From an uncultured Gammaproteobacteria bacterium (lineage in GTDB: Bacteria > Patescibacteriota > Patescibacteriia > UBA1558 > S5-K13): a stretch of 64,000 nt of DNA. Below are positions 1 through 6,819 of the stretch, in pieces. The DNA is taken from positions 6,102 to 70,101 of the forward strand of contig CAYRHT010000001.1 in the NCBI GenBank assembly GCA_964424195.1, given 5' to 3'. Numbering within the stretch: the stretch's first letter is position 1; each line of letters starts with the position of its first letter. The notes beneath the pieces are model-generated. The model made no database searches, was not told where the DNA came from, and saw nothing but the letters and a program-made list of their open reading frames with translations. Position numbers and translations under genes: made by a program.

Positions 1-445
1 TTGCCACTCTCTGTTTTTCGCCTCCACTTAAATTATCAGCAGTTTCATCTATTTTATGTTTGAGCCCGACAAGCTCAACTATATTTTTAATCATCTCTTT
101 TTTATTTTCTTTTTTTATTTCGTTTCTGGGGTGAATTGCCAAATAAACATTATCAGAAACAGAAAGCGAAGGAATAATTTTAAAGTCTTGAAAAACAATA
201 CCGATATTCAAAAGGCGAAAACTGGCTAATTTTTCTTCATCAAAATCAGTAATATCTTGCCCCTCAAAAAAAATCTTTCCTTCGTCTGGTTTGACTAATC
301 CTGACAAAATAGAAAGCAGGGTAGTTTTTCCAGTTCCAGATTTTCCGATAATACTTACAAACTCTTTTTCTTTAATAAAAAAATCAAGATTTTTTAAAAT
401 TTGTTGCTTGCCGTATTTTTTAGATATTGATTGCAATTTAAGCAT
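1..445 (-). CDS. ABC transporter ATP-binding protein (LolD/MacB-like), runs off window start
   Basis: Not in ORF track; manual translation from ATG at 445: MLKLQSISKKYGKQQILKNLDF...GKSGTGKTT (Walker A)...IGIVFQDF (Q-loop)...LSGGEKQRVA (signature). Confidence 0.93.
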   Translation of the reverse strand, partial: MLKLQSISKKYGKQQILKNLDFFIKEKEFVSIIGKSGTGKTTLLSILSGLVKPDEGKIFFEGQDITDFDEEKLASFRLLNIGIVFQDFKIIPSLSVSDNVYLAIHPRNEIKKENKKEMIKNIVELVGLKHKIDETADNLSGGEKQRVA

Positions 446-446
446 A

Positions 447-722
447 TTATTTTTTATAAAGATTAATAATTCTTTTTAGATTTTTTATTTTTTCATCAGA
501 CACTTTTTTGCCAGACAAAAATTCATTCAAAACAAATCCTTCTAAAGTTTTGGATCGCAAAGTATCAAAAGATTTAGCAATGGAAGTTGTAAGTTGGGCA
601 ATTTCTCCGCAACACTTACCTTGCTCAAGATATTTTTTAAGTGTTTCAATTTGTCCCTGAATTCGGTTTAAATGATGAATATTTTTTTGTCGCCTTACTT
701 TTATATCTTCAGTGATTTTCAT
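447..722 (-). CDS. CsoR/RcnR/FrmR-family metal-sensing transcriptional repressor
   Basis: 91 aa with LNRIQGQIETLKKYLEQGKCCGEIAQL, matching the RL.RI.GQ...C..I..Q family motif. Confidence 0.85.
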   Translation of the reverse strand: MKITEDIKVRRQKNIHHLNRIQGQIETLKKYLEQGKCCGEIAQLTTSIAKSFDTLRSKTLEGFVLNEFLSGKKVSDEKIKNLKRIINLYKK

Positions 723-743
723 AGTACAATTTAATTTTATAAA

Positions 744-790
744 ATATACCCCTACCCCTATATATTATAGCAAAAAAAATACGAAGTCAA
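744..790 (-). promoter_or_regulatory. Promoter with CsoR/RcnR-type operator
   Basis: Minus strand TTGACT (790-785) and TGcTATAAT (772-764), directly followed by TATATAGGGGTAGGGGTATAT: G-tracts flanked by AT-rich inverted repeats, upstream of the repressor gene. Confidence 0.6.
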
Positions 791-978
791 ATTTTATAAA
801 ATCGTTTTCGTAGCGTAGAGAAGAAAATATCTTGTTTCCTCTAAAATTTAAAAAACATTTTTTGCGTAGGTACGGAGCAAAAAATATCCGCTTATCCCCT
901 TTATAAATAAAAGAAAAAGAAATTTGAAAATTTTTTAAAACAATTGGGCGATAGCCCTAAAAAGAAAAGGAATATTTC

Positions 979-1065
979 AGCTAACGTTTCGGCATATCTG
1001 AAGTTGCGTAGCAATTTGGGTGGAGGCTTTTGCAAAAAGCCGTAACCAGATATGCCGTGTTAGAT
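979..1065 (-). repeat. attC-like site 4 (87 bp)
   Basis: + strand: AGCTAAC gttt CGGCATATCTG [AAGTTGC-gta-GCAATTT][GGCTTTT-gca-AAAAGCC] CAGATATGCCG t GTTAGAT. Confidence 0.88.
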
Positions 1066-1120
1066 GATGTAATTAAAAGTTTTTGTTTTGCGATAGCAAA
1101 ACATTATTTGGGGCTATTTT

Positions 1121-2404
1121 TTAAATATTCGTTTTCTTCCATGTTTCTTCTGGGTCAGGCATTGCATTAAATTGGTCTACAAAATTATTGTACTGTTCTT
1201 CGGTGATGGTAATTTGTTTTGAGCCATCAGCAGAATAATAACTATATGTATTATCTGGATTTTGTTGTGCGGTTTCAATGATACGTTTTAACGGTTCTCT
1301 TTTTTCTCTATATCCAGAAGCATAATTTGCAACCCCATCAATATTATATCCATGATAATCTAAATTTCTGTCTGATTTCATTTTTTTATATTCATCTCTT
1401 TGTTGCAATGCCTGATAAAATCTTTTTGCGTCTTCTGTAGAGGCAAAATTAGCAACAAAACGGGTTGTTTCGCTGTCTGGTTTTAAATCAACTTGGTGTG
1501 TTTTTTGAACATCGAGATGTTTGAATGCGATAGGAATTTTTTCGCTTTTTGCTAATTCAAATGCTAGATCACGCAATTCTTCCATGTTATCCAGGGGGAT
1601 GTCAAAGTAAATTCTTTCTTTTCCCCATTCCAATTGACCAGATTCTTTTAATTTTTTAGCCGCCGCATTTCCATATTCATACCAAAAAACACCAATATCC
1701 GTTTCTCCATTTTTAATTTTAAAGTCCTCAAAATCTTTATCCTCCAAACCCTCATAGTTTTGTCGCGAATTTTGCTCGGGTGTTGTTAGGCTATCACCCT
1801 GAATTTCTTGTTTAGGAATGCCGAGCTCTTCACGAATGGTGTTTGCTTTTTCCTGGTCGTCAATCTTGCTCTTACTTTCTAAAACGTTAAAAGACAATCT
1901 TTGCGCTAGATTATTATAAACGCTTTTGTCTATATTTTTGGCAATATCAAAAGAGAATGGTTTTTCTGGATTATCTTTTTTAAAATCTTCATAGCTCGAT
2001 TTTAATTTTTGAAGCACAAAAGATTCTTCGGGTGATAAATCATCAATTTCTCTTTTCCCTTGAATGCACTCTGTTAAAATTTTTGCTGCATCTTTTTGAG
2101 CATCGGGAAATTTTGTTTTTTGCTCATCAGATAGACCGGAGTATTGCTGTTTTAATTTCTCATCTTTTTGTGCTTCTCGGTCTTGCTCTGCTTTTCTGAT
2201 TTCTTCTAGCGCATTTTGTCTTCTTTCTGTTTCCGATTTATTTTTAGCTTCATCAATATAAATTGGATTTTGCCAAAGCTCGTCTACTATTTCGCTCGGC
2301 ATTCCTTTATACTGCGGAGGAATAGTACTTTGTTTTTCTTCCATATTTTCTGTTGGATCAGCCTCTTGATTTAAATTGTTGTATTGTTGTTCTGGTGATT
2401 TCAT
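1121..2404 (-). CDS. Cassette 4 protein, hypothetical; C-terminal part weakly HopA1-like
   Basis: 427-aa ORF filling the cassette; charged N-terminus, then ERIYFDIP...IPIAFKH...TRFVANF. Confidence 0.75.
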   Translation of the reverse strand: MKSPEQQYNNLNQEADPTENMEEKQSTIPPQYKGMPSEIVDELWQNPIYIDEAKNKSETERRQNALEEIRKAEQDREAQKDEKLKQQYSGLSDEQKTKFPDAQKDAAKILTECIQGKREIDDLSPEESFVLQKLKSSYEDFKKDNPEKPFSFDIAKNIDKSVYNNLAQRLSFNVLESKSKIDDQEKANTIREELGIPKQEIQGDSLTTPEQNSRQNYEGLEDKDFEDFKIKNGETDIGVFWYEYGNAAAKKLKESGQLEWGKERIYFDIPLDNMEELRDLAFELAKSEKIPIAFKHLDVQKTHQVDLKPDSETTRFVANFASTEDAKRFYQALQQRDEYKKMKSDRNLDYHGYNIDGVANYASGYREKREPLKRIIETAQQNPDNTYSYYSADGSKQITITEEQYNNFVDQFNAMPDPEETWKKTNI

Positions 2405-2473
2405 AAAGAATATTTAAAAAATAGCCCCAAATAATAAATTTTCGAAGAAAATTTAAAAACTTTTAATTATTTC

Positions 2474-2562
2474 AGCTAACATTCGCGTGTATGAGAAGTT
2501 TGCGAAGCAAATTTGGGCGAAGGCTTTTGTAAAAAGCCGTAGCCTCATACACGCTGTTGTAC
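2474..2562 (-). repeat. attC-like site 3 (89 bp)
   Basis: + strand: AGCTAAC attc GCGTGTATGAG [AAGTTTGC-gaa-GCAAATTT][GGCTTTT-gta-AAAAGCC] CTCATACACGC t GTTGTAC. Confidence 0.88.
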
Positions 2563-2632
2563 GATGTAATGAAAAGTTTTAATTTTGCGATAGCAAAATA
2601 TTTGGGGCTATATTTTTTAATTTTTCCAATTT

Positions 2633-3721
2633 TTATAAATATAAATCTTTGTCTAAAAAACAAACCTTTGGTTGATTTTTTTCAAAATCCCATGAATGAA
2701 AAGAGCCACCTAAGCATTCATTCCAATAATCGCATTTTTTGCATTTTTCACAAGCAGTACGATTTTTGTCTCTAAAAAAATCAAATTTATTATTCCAAAT
2801 ATCTGAAAAAGAATCTTTTTTAATGTTTCCTTGTATAAGATTACTTTGTCTTGGAACATTCGGGCAAACAAAAATATCGCCATTATGGAGGATGCTTCCA
2901 ATATTAATTCCTGTTCCGCAGTAGAAAAAATTATTTCTTACTTCATCTTCAAAGTTATCGCCTAAAAAATGAGCGCACCCAAAGGTAATTTTTACTTTTG
3001 ATTTTTTCGCTCGCTTATTTTTCATAAATTGTAAAAATTTCGTAAATTGCTCTTTGTTAAGAAGAATGTCGTTATTACAAATAGCTCTTCCAATTGGATC
3101 TACATTTAAAAGACGCCAATCACTAATTCCTAAAGCAGAAAATGTGTCATACATTTCATCTAAAATATTAATATTATTTTTATGAACAGTTGTTGTAATT
3201 CGAAGTGGGTTTAAAAAATCAGCTTTTGCAAAAAGCCCAATAGCATTTATTGCTTTTTCATAAGCACCTTTTGTGTTGCGAAATTCATCATGAACCTCTC
3301 TGATTCCATCAATACTTATATCAATCGTTATCATGCCAGCATCTTTGGCTTTTTCAACAATTTCTTGAGTAACAAGTGAACCATTAGAAACCATTCCCCA
3401 TTGAAAACCGAGGGAATTGGCATATTTCATAACTTCAAAAAGATCTTTCCGCAAAAGAGGCTCGCCTCCTGTTATTGCTATAGTAATTTTTTTTGCATCA
3501 AAATTTTGAGCAATATCTAATAAAGCTTTTTTAATTTCTTCAGTGCTAATAACTTCAGTAAAAATATTTTCACCAGCACGACTTCCGCAGTGTTTACATT
3601 TAAAATTACAATTCAAAGTACACTCCCAAAAAAGATATTTGAGTTCATGGTTTTCTCGAAGGTACTCACGATGTGCTTGCCACATCTTTTGTCTCCCTAG
3701 TTTAAGAATTTTTTTTAGCAT
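2633..3721 (-). CDS. Radical SAM/SPASM-domain protein (TIGR04133-like; candidate peptide/protein splicease)
   Basis: LFWECTLNCNFKCKHCGS (CxxxCxxC), ITGGEPLLR, SPASM cysteines CGTG...CP...GNI...CKKCDYWNECLGG...C. Confidence 0.9.
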   Translation of the reverse strand: MLKKILKLGRQKMWQAHREYLRENHELKYLFWECTLNCNFKCKHCGSRAGENIFTEVISTEEIKKALLDIAQNFDAKKITIAITGGEPLLRKDLFEVMKYANSLGFQWGMVSNGSLVTQEIVEKAKDAGMITIDISIDGIREVHDEFRNTKGAYEKAINAIGLFAKADFLNPLRITTTVHKNNINILDEMYDTFSALGISDWRLLNVDPIGRAICNNDILLNKEQFTKFLQFMKNKRAKKSKVKITFGCAHFLGDNFEDEVRNNFFYCGTGINIGSILHNGDIFVCPNVPRQSNLIQGNIKKDSFSDIWNNKFDFFRDKNRTACEKCKKCDYWNECLGGSFHSWDFEKNQPKVCFLDKDLYL

Positions 3722-3980
3722 TTTTTCTACTTCGTTTGATAAAAATAACTGTCCCGATAATTATAGCCAAAACAATTATTATGACCATAACAATTGGTGA
3801 AAGAATTACAGAAAGTATTCTTTCCCATAAGGTTGGCTCAGATATAAAACCAATACCATACTCCGGCATTGGCTCGATACCATAAAGCGTTTGCATTTGT
3901 GCAGACATCCCAGTCTGATTGAAAGCAAATGCCATAAATGAACCAAAAATATACAAGAATGTTTTTTTGATTTTTTTCAT
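3702..3980 (-). CDS. Small membrane-anchored protein with two XYG motifs, probable substrate of the radical SAM enzyme
   Basis: Signal-like N-terminus, QTLYGIEPMPEYGIG, C-terminal TM helix and basic tail; overlaps the rSAM start by 20 nt. Confidence 0.7.
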   Translation of the reverse strand: MKKIKKTFLYIFGSFMAFAFNQTGMSAQMQTLYGIEPMPEYGIGFISEPTLWERILSVILSPIVMVIIIVLAIIIGTVIFIKRSRKNAKKNS

Positions 3981-4065
3981 AGTTTTTTAGTTATTAATAA
4001 TAAAAATTTAAAAATATAGCCCCAAATTAATTTCTGAAAGAAATTATAAAACTTTTCATTATTTC

Positions 4066-4259
4066 GTACAACGTCTCGGGATATGAGAAGTCCCGATGTT
4101 TTTATTTACTTTAACTTTATATTATCAAATTCCCTTCTTAAGGGGTAATTGTATTTTTAAATTATATTAGTAAATCGGGATTTGAGTGAAAGAAATATAG
4201 CGACCTTAAAACAATCTAATAGATGCTGTATTTCTAGAACCTCATATTCGGTGTTGTAC
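4066..4259 (-). repeat. attC-like site 2 (194 bp, elongated arms)
   Basis: + strand: GTACAAC gtct CGGGATATGAG [AAGTCCCGAT...ATCGGGATTT][AGAAATATAGC...GCTGTATTTCT] CTCATATTCGG t GTTGTAC. Confidence 0.8.
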
Positions 4260-4324
4260 GATGTAAATTTTTTATTTTAATTTTAATCAAGCTATACTTT
4301 GTTTATCAAAAAAAAATTGATTTT

Positions 4325-4957
4325 TTATTTTTTATCTTGTTCATTTACTTCATTTAAAATATGTTTTGTAAGTTCATTTGCTCTAATTATTTTTATGTCA
4401 GGAAACATTTTTCTTAGTTCATCCACTAAAGGATATAATCTCGTATTAACTACTATTACTCCAATGTTTGCTTCCCATGCCAATCTTTCTCCATTTTGAT
4501 TACTACCTATTATTGTACCCTTTCCAATTTTATTGCCTTTAATTTTATGAAAAATAGACTTATCTTTATTTAAAGATTGATTGTATGGAGAAAGAATTAA
4601 AAATGAACCCATAGTATAACTTCTACATTGACTTGTTTTTAGCTTTCCTTTCCACCCCATTATGGTTTTATTCTGAGCAATATTTATTGCTGCTGCTAGT
4701 TGTTCAATTTCACTATTTCTAGTTATGCCATGACCCTCATATTTTTTGAGTATATCTTCAGGAAGTAAGTTGACAAATTTTGCTATAGCTTCTTTTTCAC
4801 CAAAAACTTCATCCATTTCTTCATTATCACATTGTTCATTTTGAATTCTTTCTTTATATTTTTCAAGAAGCTTAGTAGCTAATTCAAATGACTCATTGTA
4901 TGGAGCGAATTTTTGTTGTTCATTTTTATTTTGTTTTTCAAAAGAGTATTTTTCCAT
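4325..4957 (-). CDS. Cassette 2 hypothetical protein
   Basis: 210-aa ORF filling the space between att sites; no family recognised. Confidence 0.75.
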   Translation of the reverse strand: MEKYSFEKQNKNEQQKFAPYNESFELATKLLEKYKERIQNEQCDNEEMDEVFGEKEAIAKFVNLLPEDILKKYEGHGITRNSEIEQLAAAINIAQNKTIMGWKGKLKTSQCRSYTMGSFLILSPYNQSLNKDKSIFHKIKGNKIGKGTIIGSNQNGERLAWEANIGVIVVNTRLYPLVDELRKMFPDIKIIRANELTKHILNEVNEQDKK

Positions 4958-5048
4958 AATTTTAAAATTTTCTTAAAAATTAATAAAAAATCAAATTTTT
5001 TCATGTTTAATTCTACAAATTAGAATTATTATAAATAAAATTTATTTT

Positions 5049-5132
5049 GTATAACGTTCGCGGATATGAGAAGTTGCGAAGCAATTTAGGTTGAGGCTCT
5101 GCAAGAGCCGAACCTCATATCCGCTGTTAGGC
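5049..5132 (-). repeat. attC-like site 1 (84 bp)
   Basis: + strand: GTATAAC gttc GCGGATATGAG [AAGTTGC-gaa-GCAATTT][GGCTCT-gca-AGAGCC] CTCATATCCGC t GTTAGGC. Confidence 0.88.
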
Positions 5133-5243
5133 GAGGGTGAGCGACCAACGGGAGCGAAAGTGCAATGTCCCCTTGAGTTGCCACCTGAAAATTTATTCCA
5201 TTTCTTTGAATTTTGAGAAAAACATTTGTAAAATTTTTCTTAA

Positions 5244-5738
5244 CTATTGAGTAATTTCTAAAATAAGCTTTTTAAAATGTGGGTAGTAAATCCTACCCCA
5301 AATAGGATTCTTTTCAAAATAACTCACTTCATTTGTAGAAGAATTGATAGTAACGGGAATAGTGAACCCCGCCCATTTCTTACCTGATTTTAACATTTTG
5401 CAATACTCTTTTGCGTCAGGAGTGATATTGTTTGAAATTAATACTGATATTACACCAACGCCTGATTGCAAGCCTCTTGGCCAACCATTATAATTACTGC
5501 TTGCGAAAGTAAATGCTTCAGACAAATGTTTTTCTATTAAATCAATAGTTATATTTTCGTTGCCAAAATCAGAAACAACAATAAATGTGTTCAACTGTGT
5601 AGCAAACCAGCTCCATTTAAACTTTTTTTCATAACCAATCACACTTGGTTTTCCAAGTATTTTTTCATCCTTTAGAAAAATTGATTTGGAATTAAGTTTT
5701 TCCTTAATCAAGTTTATGTTCATGTTTTTATTCTCCAT
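5244..5738 (-). CDS. Cassette 1 hypothetical protein
   Basis: 164-aa ORF between the attI-like site and the first attC-like site; conserved-looking GWPRGLQSG and PIWGRIYY segments. Confidence 0.78.
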   Translation of the reverse strand: MENKNMNINLIKEKLNSKSIFLKDEKILGKPSVIGYEKKFKWSWFATQLNTFIVVSDFGNENITIDLIEKHLSEAFTFASSNYNGWPRGLQSGVGVISVLISNNITPDAKEYCKMLKSGKKWAGFTIPVTINSSTNEVSYFEKNPIWGRIYYPHFKKLILEITQ

Positions 5739-5832
5739 AATTATTTTAGTTAAATAATAATAATAAGTTTAATTGTATATAAATCTTTTCAAAATTCAAA
5801 GTGTTGTCTTCAAATTTTCAGATGGCAATTTC

Positions 5833-5856
5833 GCCTAACTCCTTATATACGAAGTT
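5833..5856 (-). other. attI-like recombination site
   Basis: GCCTAAC at 5833-5839 (GTTAGGC on minus strand) is the exact complement of the cassette-1 inverse core at 5126-5132; not followed by a hairpin; about 80 bp upstream of the recombinase ATG. Confidence 0.75.
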
Positions 5857-5916
5857 ATTGACTTTTAGGTTTGAATGAACTAAGTTTTAGATGATAATTA
5901 ATAACCATAAATCATT

Positions 5917-6753
5917 ATGAAAAGCGATTTAAATGGTTCAGATCTTATTCTTAGGTTTGAGCAAGAAATGAAAATTAGAAATTTTAGTCCCAGAACAATT
6001 AAGTCCTATAGCTATTATATAACAGAAATCTTAAAATATACAAGGAAAAGTGCTCGAGATATTAATTCTCAAGATTTAAAAAACTATTTAGAATATTTAG
6101 TTGATCAAAATAAGTCTGGGTCAACTTTAAATATAGCTTATAGTGCTTTAAAACTATATTTTGGGAAGATTCTTCATCGGAGATTCTTTATTTTTTTACC
6201 TAGAGCCCAAACAGAGAAGAGATTGCCCGTGGTTTTAAGTAAAAAAGAAATAAAGAGAATTTTAGAAGGTATTGTGAATAGGAAACATAAATTAATTATT
6301 AGCTTGATTTATTCTTCCGGTTTAAGAGTTTCAGAAGTGGTGAAAATTAAAGTTCAAGATTTGAATTTTGAAAATAATACTCTTTTTATTAAACAATCAA
6401 AAGGTCAGAAAGATAGAATAACAATCTTTGCTAAAAAGTTAGGGATAGAGTTGAAAAAGTATATTAAAGATGGAAATGTGCAAGGAATTCTTTTTAAGAG
6501 TAATCAAAGTAGATTGTTAACAACAAGAACAGTCCAAAAAATATTTTCTCAGGCTTTAGAGAGTGCCGGAATAAGTAAAAAAGCTTCTTGTCATTCTTTA
6601 AGGCATTCTTTTGCTACTCATTTATTAGAAAATGGTACTAATCTTCGATATATTCAAAAATTATTAGGTCATCAAAAATTAGAAACTACTCAAATATATA
6701 CTCAAGTAGCTAGTAATAAATTAAAAGATATCAAAAATCCTTTAGATTTTTAA
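5917..6753 (+). CDS. Tyrosine recombinase (integron-integrase-like N-terminus, no IntI-specific insertion)
   Basis: RNFSPRTIKSY N-terminus; RLPVVLSKKE; YSSGLRVSE (R), KGQKDR (K), HSLRHSFATHLLE (HxxR), LLGH, TTQIYT (Y). Confidence 0.95.
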   Translation: MKSDLNGSDLILRFEQEMKIRNFSPRTIKSYSYYITEILKYTRKSARDINSQDLKNYLEYLVDQNKSGSTLNIAYSALKLYFGKILHRRFFIFLPRAQTEKRLPVVLSKKEIKRILEGIVNRKHKLIISLIYSSGLRVSEVVKIKVQDLNFENNTLFIKQSKGQKDRITIFAKKLGIELKKYIKDGNVQGILFKSNQSRLLTTRTVQKIFSQALESAGISKKASCHSLRHSFATHLLENGTNLRYIQKLLGHQKLETTQIYTQVASNKLKDIKNPLDF

Positions 6754-6819
6754 GACAAAACTCTTGACTTAAACTCTTTTTTCGGTTAGTATTCTATTAC
6801 TTATAAATATACATATATT

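Larger units (their letters stand above)
979..6753. mobile_element. Integron-like element: tyrosine recombinase, attI-like site and cassette array (continues to and beyond the window start)
   Basis: Recombinase divergent from co-oriented unrelated genes, each separated by related hairpin sites bounded by AAC...GTT cores. Confidence 0.88.

Noticed and set aside
291-4499. Short ORFs 291-479, 2472-2663, 2557-2775, 2710-2901, 2739-2924, 3543-3800, 4299-4499
   Set aside because: Antisense or out-of-frame shadows of well-supported genes, or spanning att sites.
979-5132. Repeated hairpin elements read as a CRISPR array or plain terminators/REP elements
   Set aside because: Spaced by whole genes, diverge with compensatory changes, bounded by AAC/GTT cores, no cas genes and no T-tracts; attC-like sites fit better.
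1059-5839. Cassette terminal inverted repeats read as IS or MITE ends
   Set aside because: No transposase, no target-site duplications, and the repeats begin exactly at the recombination cores.
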